From the IMG/VR virus record IMGVR_UViG_3300048599_000797: DNA of 64,000 nucleotides, one strand, 5' to 3'. This DNA is from an uncultured virus (IMG/VR IMGVR_UViG_3300048599_000797) (Duplodnaviria; Heunggongvirae; Uroviricota; Caudoviricetes). The stretch's first letter is position 1. Every line of letters begins with the position of its first letter. The notes under the pieces are model-generated. The model saw nothing but the letters and a program-made list of their open reading frames with translations. It had not been told where the DNA came from and searched no databases. This document shows, piece by piece, positions 1 to 8,430 of the stretch. The translations under genes were made by a program, and so were the position numbers.

Positions 1-198
1 ATGACTTTGCTGGCTTATGGGTTCAGCCCGTTCACGCTGGTCGTGCTGTTGATCATTGTCGTGCTGATCTTCGGCAATCGCCTGCCGGGGATGATGCGGT
101 CGTTGGGCGTCGGCATGACCGAATTCAAGAAGGGCTTGGCCCAAGGCGACCAGGGCCAGGACGCGGCCGAGGAGCCCCAAGCGGTGAGCAAGAACTGA
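1..198 (+). CDS. tatA: Twin-arginine translocase TatA/TatE subunit
   Basis: N-terminal TM helix, then LIFG..RLP.MMRSLG.GM.EFKKGL amphipathic signature. Confidence 0.9.
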   Translation: MTLLAYGFSPFTLVVLLIIVVLIFGNRLPGMMRSLGVGMTEFKKGLAQGDQGQDAAEEPQAVSKN

Positions 199-293
199 TT
201 ATCGACTGCCACGAAAGCAGGGAACTACCATGACCTTGGATCCGACCAGCGCGATTGAAGAGAATCGTACCCAGTGTGTGCAGGACCGGGCTG

Positions 294-363
294 CCCTCAC
301 CCCCGCCCCTCTCCGGGCACCGCGTCAGCGGTCAGCGGGCGAGGGGAACAGGGAATCTCGCTC
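294..363. repeat. CCCTCACCCC-type REP-like palindrome, copy 1
   Basis: ccctcacccccgcccctctc...agcgggcgaggg...gaatctcgctc; similar copy at 2231-2286. Confidence 0.7.
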
Positions 364-364
364 C

Positions 365-1960
365 ATGCGGCGGTTGCCGTTCCGGCTGCAGGATTTCACG
401 CGGATTGCCTGGGCCAGCGACGGGGCCCGGGAGGTGTGGCAGCCGCGAATCGGACGGATCAGCAATGCGTGGCTGGAGATCGAGTGGCAGGCCGTGGTGG
501 CCGGCCTGCGCGCGTGCTGCATTACGATGGCTACGCCGGAGCAGTTTGTTGAGCGCGGGCCGAAATGGGCGGAGCACGGTTTGACCGCGGTGCCGCTGGC
601 AATGGTCGGAATTGCGCCCTCGTATGCGAGCACCTCGGTGGCGGCCCAGGCGGGCAAGCCGTTCGCGTTTCGGATGGTGCTGGGGGCGACCCAGGACGTG
701 GCCCGCTTCCGAGCGGCGTTCGACGCCTCCGACGATCGGACGATCGGCGAGTTGCTGGGCTATCCGGCCTGTTGCCGCGAGTTCTTCAGACGCGTATGGG
801 TCGACGAGGCGATGGTCGACACCACCTGGCCCATGGCCGTGGCCACCGCGGGAGCGGAGATCGGCGATTCGGTCGTCGAAGTCGATTCGCCCTCCAAGTC
901 GAACATTCTGTGGCGGTGGATGGGCGTGCGGGCCGTGTCGCACCTGCCCTGCAGTTTCACCTGCCAGGCCACGATGGAGCTGGCCGACCACTTGCTCGAC
1001 GTCGGTCGCAAGAATGGCTTCGGCCAGGAAATGGACTGGATGCTCGAGATCCTCGACTGGCCCGTGGAGTGGACCGCGATGCACGGCGTGGCCGAGATCA
1101 AGACGCCCGTGCTCAAAGTCTCCACGCGGACCGATGCCACGTCGTCGAAATACACGGTGCGCTATCGGGGAAGAACCACGCCGCCGGAAACCGCGCGCGG
1201 ATTGCGATTCCCGTTCCTCACCGCATCGGCCCCCGTGCTCACCGAGTCGGAGGCTTTTCGACGAGGGCTGAACCAACCCATCGTTGAATCCACGCCCACG
1301 GCGGGTGCGGCAACATTTCTTGGCGCAGCCAGGGGGACAGGCACCATTTGTGCGGAGCACCCTGCGGGCCGCTGCGCGGCAAATGGTGCCAGTCCCCAGC
1401 CAAGAAACGCTGCCGCCCCGGCCCCCTGGTACGCCACGGACAACGGTTTCTCCACGGCGGCCGCCATGGATGCCGCCCACGCGCCGCTCCTCGCGGCGGC
1501 CAACCGGCTTCTCGCCGAGCAGCCCGGCCCCGTGCTGGATCTCGGCTGCGGGAATGGCGTGTTGCTCGAGAAGCTGCTCGCGGCGAACCCGGCGATCGTG
1601 CCGTTCGGGATCGACGTCGATCCAAGTCGCGTGGCGCACGCCCGGGAACTCTTGCCGCAATGGGCGGAGAACTTCGCGGCCGGCAATCTGTTCGACACCG
1701 AATCGGTGTGGACTGACGGCCGCCGCTACGCGCTGGCCCTGCTGATGCCCGGCCGGCTGCTGGAAGTGGCCCCCACCCAGGCCGCCCGGCTCCGCGCGCG
1801 CCTGGCCCAGCAGTGCGACCGGGTGCTGATCTACGCCTACGGCGATTGGCTCACGCGCCACGGAAGCCTGAAAGGCCTAGCCGCAGCCGCAGGGCTCAAA
1901 CTCCTCGTCGACGACGAGCGTGCCACGGCGGGCCTGGCCGAGGTGGTCGCCCCGGCGTAA
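365..1960 (+). CDS. Cys-motif (LLGYPxCC, DUF483-like) domain fused to class I SAM methyltransferase
   Basis: LLGYPACC and HLPCSFTC motifs; C-terminal VLDLGCGNG/GIDVD; start set at ATG 365 because the upstream extension crosses a REP. Confidence 0.7.
   Translation: MRRLPFRLQDFTRIAWASDGAREVWQPRIGRISNAWLEIEWQAVVAGLRACCITMATPEQFVERGPKWAEHGLTAVPLAMVGIAPSYASTSVAAQAGKPFAFRMVLGATQDVARFRAAFDASDDRTIGELLGYPACCREFFRRVWVDEAMVDTTWPMAVATAGAEIGDSVVEVDSPSKSNILWRWMGVRAVSHLPCSFTCQATMELADHLLDVGRKNGFGQEMDWMLEILDWPVEWTAMHGVAEIKTPVLKVSTRTDATSSKYTVRYRGRTTPPETARGLRFPFLTASAPVLTESEAFRRGLNQPIVESTPTAGAATFLGAARGTGTICAEHPAGRCAANGASPQPRNAAAPAPWYATDNGFSTAAAMDAAHAPLLAAANRLLAEQPGPVLDLGCGNGVLLEKLLAANPAIVPFGIDVDPSRVAHARELLPQWAENFAAGNLFDTESVWTDGRRYALALLMPGRLLEVAPTQAARLRARLAQQCDRVLIYAYGDWLTRHGSLKGLAAAAGLKLLVDDERATAGLAEVVAPA
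1307..1416. repeat. Nested inverted-repeat element lying in frame inside the CDS
   Basis: Outer arms 1307-1324/1399-1416 (16/18 match); inner arms 1333-1350/1380-1397 (17/18). Confidence 0.75.
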
Positions 1961-2057
1961 CGCATTATCGTGCGCGGCGTGTGGCACGCGTGGTGTGAGA
2001 AGCAGACGTGATCTTCGAGAGGCGTGAGACGGTTTTGAGACACGGACAGATAGATGA

Positions 2058-2214
2058 ACCACGGAGGCAGGAGGACACGGAGGAGAAGAAGAAGACAGAC
2101 AGAAAGAAATGGAGCCACAGATGGACACAGATGAACACGGATATCCGTGTCAATCGGTGTTCATCTGTGGCCCCCTATTCTCCGTCTTCTCCGTGACCTC
2201 CGTGCCTCCGTGGT
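2058..2214. repeat. Nested palindromic intergenic repeat (cacggag and cacagat types)
   Basis: accacggaggca.../...tgcctccgtggt outer arms; gccacagatg...cacggat/atccgtg...catctgtggc inner arms. Confidence 0.7.
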
Positions 2215-2230
2215 GAATTCGATCGGGCCG

Positions 2231-2286
2231 CCCTCACCCCCCGCCCCTCTCGCGCAAGCGGGCGAGGGAAATCGTGAATCTCGCTC
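2231..2286. repeat. CCCTCACCCC-type REP-like palindrome, copy 2
   Basis: Similar to 294-363, including the gaatctcgctc tail. Confidence 0.7.
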
Positions 2287-2474
2287 GCGCCCCCGACTGC
2301 AGGTAGGCCTTTCCCTCACCGCCCGGATCGAGGACGCACGCGGTTTCCCGCAAGCGTCGGCACGGCAAATCCCGCCATTTTCGGCGGGCAATTTGCAGCC
2401 TCTATTGCCGACAATCCACACTCCCTCAATAGCGCGGGCGTGTGGAAACCTCTTTTCCTTTCAGGAGCCTCGAT

Positions 2475-3299
2475 ATGTTCAAGCGATTTTCAATCGCCGT
2501 TAGTGCGTCGGCACTGGTGTGCTTGATGAACCTGGTTGCCCTCGGCGGCCAGGGGGGCACATTGACCGAACAGGAGATGATCCTTCCTTCCCATGACCTG
2601 GGTGGCTTGCAGGTCTACAACCGCGACAACTCGAACGATAAGCTGGGAAGCCTCGACAACCTGATCATCGACGCCCATTCGGGCCAGGTGCTGTACGGGG
2701 TGTTGAAGACCGGGCTGCTAGGAAAACTGATCCCCGTACCGTGGACCGCCCTAGGGCTACGTCGCACCCCGGACACGGACAACTATTGGATGGTCCTGAA
2801 CAAGACGCGGGACCAACTGGCCAACGCACCGACGTTCGACAGCAAGCGGACCGACTTCACCAACGCTCAATGGTCCCAATCGGTCGACAATTTCTTCGGC
2901 GTGCATACCATGGCCCGCCCCACGGGAACTGGCGACCTTACGGCCAATCAGATGGTGTTCCAATCGAGCCATTTGAGCGACTTGGCCGTCCACAACCGCG
3001 CCGACAACAGCAAGAAGCTGGGGAGCCTGGAGAACTTGATGATCAACGCCCACCATGGCCGGGTGCTGTACGGGATCCTCGACACGGGAATGGGAGGCAA
3101 GATGATCGCGGTCCCGTGGAATGCGTTCCAGGTGCAGAAGAAGCCCGACTCGGAGAAGTACTGGCTGACGCTGAACAAGACTCAGGACGAACTGGCCTCA
3201 GCGCCCGCCTTCGATAAGAACCGGGTCCGCGACCTCACCGACAGCAACTGGCAACAGCAAGTCGATCGGTTCTTCGGCGTTCAACCCGCGCGCCAGTAG
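2475..3299 (+). CDS. Secreted protein with two PRC-barrel domains
   Basis: Signal peptide; twofold repeat KLGSL.NL.I.A..G.VLYG.L..G..GK.I.VPW.A; AGGAG RBS before ATG 2475. Confidence 0.85.
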   Translation: MFKRFSIAVSASALVCLMNLVALGGQGGTLTEQEMILPSHDLGGLQVYNRDNSNDKLGSLDNLIIDAHSGQVLYGVLKTGLLGKLIPVPWTALGLRRTPDTDNYWMVLNKTRDQLANAPTFDSKRTDFTNAQWSQSVDNFFGVHTMARPTGTGDLTANQMVFQSSHLSDLAVHNRADNSKKLGSLENLMINAHHGRVLYGILDTGMGGKMIAVPWNAFQVQKKPDSEKYWLTLNKTQDELASAPAFDKNRVRDLTDSNWQQQVDRFFGVQPARQ

Positions 3300-3345
3300 G
3301 CGCGTCAGAAAGCCACCCGTCGGCTTTAGGGGAGCCCCGAGTGGG

Positions 3346-3483
3346 ACGTGTTTAGCGTGGGGGCGCCGTGGCGGGAAACCCCCGGGGCAAAGCCCGGGGC
3401 TACAATACGGCCCACCACCACAACTTCAGCCCCGGGCTCTGCCCGGGGTCGGTCGCAATGGCTTCGGTCACCGCTAAACACGT
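3346..3483. repeat. MITE/REPIN-like element
   Basis: Perfect 12-bp terminal IR acgtgtttagcg/cgctaaacacgt enclosing an inverted pair of GTAG-type REP palindromes (~3379-3402, ~3427-3448). Confidence 0.7.
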
Positions 3484-3521
3484 ATCCCGAGGGGCAGGCC
3501 TCCCCTGTGCTCTGGGGCTAC

Positions 3522-3565
3522 AAAAAAACCCCGGGCGGCATGCTGTGGGGCATGTTTCCCGGGGT
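3522..3565 (-). terminator. Intrinsic terminator downstream of the tRNA 3' end
   Basis: accccggg/cccggggt stem followed by 7 T on the minus strand. Confidence 0.75.
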
Positions 3566-3572
3566 CTTCGAG

Positions 3573-3623
3573 TGGGCGGCACACGACTCGAACGTGCGAC
3601 TTCCACCGTGTGAGGATGGCGCT
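3573..3623 (-). pseudogene. 3' fragment of tRNA-Val(CAC), prophage att site
   Basis: Minus strand AGCG-CCATC-CTCACAC-GGTGG-AAGTC-GCACG-TTCGAGT-CGTGT-GCCGCCC-A has anticodon arm, T arm and 3' acceptor strand; the 5' acceptor strand and D arm are missing. Confidence 0.88.
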
Positions 3624-3706
3624 TTGCTGTAGCTCAACTGGCGATCAGTTGATCACCAAGTGGCATTTCCGCGCCTGGCTTTCCCGTAGCGACCGATACT
3701 GCCGGC

Positions 3707-3940
3707 ATGGGAAAGCCAGGCGCGAAGCACACCGGGACGGAATCTTCGGAGTCACTCCGAAAGAAGGCAAAATCCCTAGAAGCGGTCGCGTCTGATCTAC
3801 GTGAGGTCGCGGAACGAATGGACAGACGCGGTGTCAGAACGATAATCGTTCTGCACAGCGAAGGGCTGAAGTCTGTCGTCGTCAAGCTCAAGGCCTTCGC
3901 CGTAGACGCCGACAAAAAGGCGACCAAGGCCGGCGCGTAG
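3707..3940 (+). CDS. Small basic hypothetical protein
   Basis: 77-aa ATG ORF just inside att. Confidence 0.5.
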   Translation: MGKPGAKHTGTESSESLRKKAKSLEAVASDLREVAERMDRRGVRTIIVLHSEGLKSVVVKLKAFAVDADKKATKAGA

Positions 3941-4046
3941 CCCTGGCCTGTTCGCTGAGCCGTTCGCGATCGCCGGCCCCGCACTCCCCGAATGGGTCTC
4001 GACCCCGGGTGGGATTATTTTCTACTGCGCCATTGGCGGTTTTTCC

Positions 4047-4074
4047 TTGCAACTTCGCGCACGGCCGGTAAACT
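4047..4074 (+). promoter_or_regulatory. Putative sigma70 promoter for the GT/MTase operon
   Basis: TTGCAA-16-TAAACT upstream of ATG 4108. Confidence 0.5.
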
Positions 4075-4107
4075 GATCGGCCAGACAGGGTCACGGCGGA
4101 CCCCTTC

Positions 4108-4902
4108 ATGCGCGCCGGTTTTTCGGATTACACGCTCGTGGTCGGCTGCGACGAGCGGACCCAGGAGCAGCTCCGCGGCACCTGGCCCACCTGGCGCCGG
4201 TATCGGCCCGAGCTGCTCAACCAGCCGATGGTCGTGATCTGTGACGCCCGGTTGTCGCCGGATCCCGACTGGTGGCGCAAGCGGCTGCACTGGCTGGATC
4301 ACCCGGCCTGGCGGCCGTTCCTCTGGGACTGGCCGGCGCCCGACGACGGCATCACGCGCGAGGTGAGCCAGCGGGAGCGGATGCTTACGGCGTTCATTCG
4401 CGTGGCTCGCGTGATTTCGACGGCCTGGTATCTCAAAATCGACACGGACGTGGTGGCCACGGCCGGCGGTCCGGTGATTCTGCCCGAGTGGGTGGCCAAG
4501 ACCGACGAGGGCGTGCCGGCCTTGGTGGCGTCGGCCTGGGGCTACACCAAGCCCGGCGACTTCGTCGACGATCTGCAGGACTGGGCCGACAAGCTGCCGC
4601 AGCTCAGATGTTTCAAGCGGCTCGATCTGCCCAGCGGCCGCGGGATCAAACGCTTCCGGCACCCCCGCATCTGCTCGTGGATCTGTCTGATCAATACCGG
4701 GTTTGGCCTGCTGGCCAACCAGCTCTCGCCGCATCCGAATCCGCTGCCGGCGCCATCCCAGGACACGTACCACTGGTACGTGGCGGCCCGGCGCGGCGAT
4801 CGGATTCAGCGAGTCAGCTTCAAGCGCCTCGGCTGGCACACGTACAGCAAGAACGCGGCCCGTGAGGACGTGATCCGCGGCTTGATGGAGGGCGACGGCT
4901 GA
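4108..4902 (+). CDS. Putative GT-A fold glycosyltransferase
   Basis: WYLKIDTD (DxD) motif, late SQDT motif and C-terminal His. Confidence 0.65.
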   Translation: MRAGFSDYTLVVGCDERTQEQLRGTWPTWRRYRPELLNQPMVVICDARLSPDPDWWRKRLHWLDHPAWRPFLWDWPAPDDGITREVSQRERMLTAFIRVARVISTAWYLKIDTDVVATAGGPVILPEWVAKTDEGVPALVASAWGYTKPGDFVDDLQDWADKLPQLRCFKRLDLPSGRGIKRFRHPRICSWICLINTGFGLLANQLSPHPNPLPAPSQDTYHWYVAARRGDRIQRVSFKRLGWHTYSKNAAREDVIRGLMEGDG

Positions 4903-5462
4903 TGCACCCGAACTCGCTCAAGACGTTCATGAGGCACGCAGGGGTGTGGATCCGCGAGGGCGATCGGATCCTCGAGCTGGCTCCGAACCGCGTTCCCAGC
5001 TCGTACATGCGCGAGCTCGGAATACTCCCGGTGATCGACTACTGGATCACCGATCTGCGTGCCCGCCGCCAAGGCCGCAAGGTTATCGTGCAGCACGACG
5101 ATTACACACTCGGCTGCGGGCCCGAGGAGTTCGATCTGGTGCTGGCCGGCAACGTGCTCGAGCACGTGTGGATGCCGTGGCGCTGGGTCCGTGAGCTTGC
5201 TCGCGTGCTCAAGCCTGGCGGCCGGCTAATCCTGGTCTCGCCGGCGACGTGGAAGGTGCACCAGGTGCGCTGCTTCCGCGGCCGGCGCCAGGACGGCTGG
5301 CGCGTGCTGCCCGACGGCATGCGGGCGCTGTTCGAGGAGGCCGGCCTGGATACCGTGGTCGCCGCCCTGGAGCAGCTCGACCTGGGCAACGAGGCGGCCC
5401 GCAAGGCACAGTTGCTCGAGGGTGATCCGTACGACTGCATCGGGATCGGGAGGAAGCCATGA
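4902..5462 (+). CDS. Class I SAM methyltransferase (type 11-like)
   Basis: FDLVLAGNVLEHV..PW..VRELARVLKPGGRLIL; coupled to upstream stop. Confidence 0.88.
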   Translation: MHPNSLKTFMRHAGVWIREGDRILELAPNRVPSSYMRELGILPVIDYWITDLRARRQGRKVIVQHDDYTLGCGPEEFDLVLAGNVLEHVWMPWRWVRELARVLKPGGRLILVSPATWKVHQVRCFRGRRQDGWRVLPDGMRALFEEAGLDTVVAALEQLDLGNEAARKAQLLEGDPYDCIGIGRKP

Positions 5463-5755
5463 GCCGGTATCCGGTCAATGCGTTATGCATCGGCGGACCG
5501 GCGGACGGGCTCGTGATCTTCACACAATATCCGTGGTTCCAGTACCGACTTCCCGATCCGCTGAGTGTAGACGACTATGCATTTGACGACCTCGGCCCTC
5601 GCAGCGTGGAGGTGGTCTGCTACGAAGTTGATCGCCTCTGCTGCGACGGCGTGATGTTCTACTACGCGCGACCCGCGGGAACAACTGCGGAACAGGCGAT
5701 GCGGCAATTGTTGGCCGGATACCGAAAGCCAGGAGCAACACCATGTACTGCGTGA
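5459..5755 (+). CDS. Hypothetical protein, GGPxDG motif
   Basis: ATGA coupling; paralogous to 11619-11957. Confidence 0.65.
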   Translation: MSRYPVNALCIGGPADGLVIFTQYPWFQYRLPDPLSVDDYAFDDLGPRSVEVVCYEVDRLCCDGVMFYYARPAGTTAEQAMRQLLAGYRKPGATPCTA

Positions 5756-6234
5756 TTCTGCTCTTGGTGCTGGCCGGCGACGGCCGCTCACCGCAGTGGC
5801 CGGCAGTGCGCGCGGCTTGGTTATGTGTGCACCCGGAGTGCGCGGCGTGCGGCGCGCGGAAGGAGCTCCGGGTGCATCACATCGTGCCCGTGCACGTCGA
5901 CCCGGCGCGCGAGTGCGACCTGGCCAACCTGCTCACGCTCTGCGACCGCTGCCACCTGCTGATCGGCCACCTCGGCGATTATCGTTCATGGAACGCGGAC
6001 GTCGTGGCCGACGCCGCCCGGCTGCGGGAGAAGGTTCGCAACCGGCCATACTTCCAACTCAAAAGGAGCCTGCCCCGTGACCACTGGGATTATCTACTAC
6101 CACGCCGGCCGCGGCTTCGCGACCCGGCTCTGCGTCAGCCTCGTCAGCTTGCGGCAGCATTACCGCGGGCCCGTGGTGATCTTCACCGACGCGGTGGCTC
6201 GGGAGATGTCACAGCGCATCGGCTCCTCGCTTGA
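5743..6234 (+). CDS. HNH endonuclease
   Basis: CAACG...VHHIVP...NLLTLCDRCH; the 3' part overlaps the next gene and may be a non-functional extension. Confidence 0.8.
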   Translation: MYCVILLLVLAGDGRSPQWPAVRAAWLCVHPECAACGARKELRVHHIVPVHVDPARECDLANLLTLCDRCHLLIGHLGDYRSWNADVVADAARLREKVRNRPYFQLKRSLPRDHWDYLLPRRPRLRDPALRQPRQLAAALPRARGDLHRRGGSGDVTAHRLLA

Positions 6235-6886
6235 GTGCTCGGTCGTCGAGGTGCCGACGCCGCAGATGCGGCGCCACGGGCATTACCTGGTGAAAACCCA
6301 GCTCTGGCGCCACTCGCCGTTCGATCGCGGGCTGTTTATCGACGCCGACACGGTCGTGGCCGGGCCGCTCGACGAGCTGCTCCAGGCCGACGGCCGCGTG
6401 GTGCTTACGCACTTCGCCGATTGGCGGAGCGACGGCCGCAAGATGCGGCGCCGCATCGAGGGCTTCCGCGGAGTGACGCCGGCGATCGACCGCCTGGTCG
6501 AGGACCAGGTCTCCCGCAGTTGGCCGGCGATCAACACGGGCGTGTTTCGCTTCGATCGCGATTACGCCGGCCTGGAGCAGTGGGAGTCGATCACGGCCGC
6601 GGTCTCGCCGCGGTTCATTGCCGATGAGATCGCGGCGCAGGTCGTGTTCCCGTGCTGGGGGCGCGATTGCACGGTGGTCGACGATCGGTGGAACTGCAGC
6701 CCGATCTTCGGCGCGCACAAGGCCGAGGCCCGGGTGTGGCACTTCCACGGAGAAAAACACGTCCGCAAGGGCGGTGAGGTGTTTTGGATGCCAGCGTTTC
6801 AGCAGGCCATGGCCGACAACGTGGCCGGGATCCGCGGGTGGGCCGCGGCCGACGATAAATGGGTGAGGGAGCAACGACTCGCATGA
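6077..6886 (+). CDS. Glycosyltransferase, GT8-like
   Basis: SLRQHY; GLFIDADTVV; INTGVF; DE.A; RWN; WHFHG; AAGGAG RBS. Confidence 0.82.
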   Translation: MTTGIIYYHAGRGFATRLCVSLVSLRQHYRGPVVIFTDAVAREMSQRIGSSLECSVVEVPTPQMRRHGHYLVKTQLWRHSPFDRGLFIDADTVVAGPLDELLQADGRVVLTHFADWRSDGRKMRRRIEGFRGVTPAIDRLVEDQVSRSWPAINTGVFRFDRDYAGLEQWESITAAVSPRFIADEIAAQVVFPCWGRDCTVVDDRWNCSPIFGAHKAEARVWHFHGEKHVRKGGEVFWMPAFQQAMADNVAGIRGWAAADDKWVREQRLA

Positions 6887-7545
6887 TCCGATTTCGCCAC
6901 AACTGGACTTCGAAGCTGGCCGCCAACTGGAATGAGTTTTGCGCGCCGCTGTTTCCCGACTTTCCTGAGCGCAGGCCAATCAACTGGCTCGAGATCGGCG
7001 TGTTCGAGGGCCGCACCGCGCAGTGGGTGCTGGACAACGTGCTCACCACACCCGGCGATAGTTACAGGGGGATCGATCCCTGGGAACTCCAGGCCATGGA
7101 CCCGATCAAATGGCCGCGCGACGGCCGAGGCCAGGAGCAGATCTCGGCGGTCGAGGCGACGGCGAGGTCGCTTCTCGAACCGTATAACAAGGACGCGAGG
7201 CCAGGCGTTCCGTTTCGGGTCCGGCTAATCAAAGGGAGGTCCGCAGACGTGTTGCGGTCGGACCCGGATTACTGGGTCGACGGCGAGTGGGACGTGGTCT
7301 ACATCGACGGTTTACACACGCCTCTGGGAATCATGTCCGACGCCGTGCTCACCTGGCCGCTGCTGAAGATCGGCGGCATCATGATCTTCGACGACTACGT
7401 GGTCAGACGCCGCTTCGTGCGGCGGCAGATTCAGCGTACGGTCGGAGACTTCCTGGCGGCGGTGGCGGGGGCGCATCGGGTGCTGTTCGTGAACTCTCAG
7501 GTGGGCGTGCAGAAGCTGGCGGAGGGCTACCAAGTCGCTTGGTAG
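6883..7545 (+). CDS. Class I SAM methyltransferase (Methyltransf_24-like, possible sugar O-methyltransferase)
   Basis: LEIGVFEG; DVVYIDGLH; LKIGGIMIFDDY; ATGA coupling. Confidence 0.88.
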   Translation: MIRFRHNWTSKLAANWNEFCAPLFPDFPERRPINWLEIGVFEGRTAQWVLDNVLTTPGDSYRGIDPWELQAMDPIKWPRDGRGQEQISAVEATARSLLEPYNKDARPGVPFRVRLIKGRSADVLRSDPDYWVDGEWDVVYIDGLHTPLGIMSDAVLTWPLLKIGGIMIFDDYVVRRRFVRRQIQRTVGDFLAAVAGAHRVLFVNSQVGVQKLAEGYQVAW

Positions 7546-7855
7546 CTTCGTCCTGGGCCTTGAGCTCCAGGTGCCGCAGGTAGAGCCAGCAGCAAAATCC
7601 GATCAGAATGAGTACGCCCGTCAGAAATCCGAGTCGCCTGCCCGCCTCGCCAGCGCCGGGAGGTAGTTCGCGATTGCTGAAGATCTGTCCGTGGCACCGC
7701 GGACATTCCCTCGACTGCGCCAGCAGGGCGATCAGGAACCAGGGGATCAACCAGAAGCCGGCGGTGATGACCGTGAACAGGCCGTGCAAGACGTGGTTTA
7801 CCTGCCCGGGGACCGGCTCGACCCACTCCTCACACTCCACGCACCACTTGGCCAT
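7403..7855 (-). CDS. Membrane protein with split Zn ribbon (LITAF-like)
   Basis: CxxC - NHVLH..TVITAGFWLIPW - CPRC; 3' end overlaps the convergent gene. Confidence 0.7.
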   Translation of the reverse strand: MAKWCVECEEWVEPVPGQVNHVLHGLFTVITAGFWLIPWFLIALLAQSRECPRCHGQIFSNRELPPGAGEAGRRLGFLTGVLILIGFCCWLYLRHLELKAQDEATKRLGSPPPASARPPESSRTAPDAPPPPPPGSLRPYAESAAARSGV

Positions 7856-8390
7856 GATGCTGCCCTCCCGCAATAGCCGCCGCTAGGGCCGCGCGCCGCT
7901 CCGCCAGCGGCGCCGCTCGGCGCCCACTATCTGATAATAATCGCCACCAGCGCCAGTAGCTACCGGGATCCTCCACAATCGCCTGTAGGCCGGCTCCCGA
8001 TCGGCGATCCCCTTCTCGGGTGCCCATGTGCGTATCGCAGTAGGCGCAGCCGTAGGGCGCCACCTGGTGGATCGTGCACCGGCCCGTCTCAGGATCCCAG
8101 AACACGCACCGCAGGCCGTCGTGCCGCGGCACGATCGTGCGGATCCGGCGCATCGTGCCGGCGGCGGCCGGCCCGGCGGCGGCGCCCATCAGCACCAGGG
8201 CGCCGTCGCTGGCCTCGAAGTACTCCCGCACCCAGTCTCTGATGGTCGAATCGCAATCGGGCGATAGTTCGCTGGCCACGATCCGCTCCAGGTCGCCAGG
8301 GATGAGCATGCCCGGCATGTGCCGGCAGCAGGCCTGGCAGGCCGAGCACGAGCAGGTGGTGCGTTGGTAATAGGTGCGGGGGTCGCGCAT
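7830..8390 (-). CDS. YkgJ/CxxCxxCC-like cysteine cluster protein
   Basis: CSCSACQACC...CVFWD...CTIH...PYGC. Confidence 0.78.
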   Translation of the reverse strand: MRDPRTYYQRTTCSCSACQACCRHMPGMLIPGDLERIVASELSPDCDSTIRDWVREYFEASDGALVLMGAAAGPAAAGTMRRIRTIVPRHDGLRCVFWDPETGRCTIHQVAPYGCAYCDTHMGTREGDRRSGAGLQAIVEDPGSYWRWWRLLSDSGRRAAPLAERRAALAAAIAGGQHHGQVVRGV

Positions 8391-8430
8391 TGGTCACTCG
8401 TCGTTAAAGGTCACGGTCCTCCGGCAGTGG

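Noticed and set aside
230..364. N-terminal extension of the methyltransferase ORF
   Set aside because: Runs through a REP palindrome; ATG 365 is more plausible, though not certain
2008..2503. Small ORFs 2008-2196 and 2147-2503
   Set aside because: They coincide with palindromic repeats and have no protein-like features
3573..3652. Intact tRNA gene, or a plus-strand tRNA starting at gctgtagctcaactgg
   Set aside because: The minus-strand copy lacks the D arm and 5' acceptor; the plus-strand stretch has no anticodon or T arm and is part of a 7-bp palindrome
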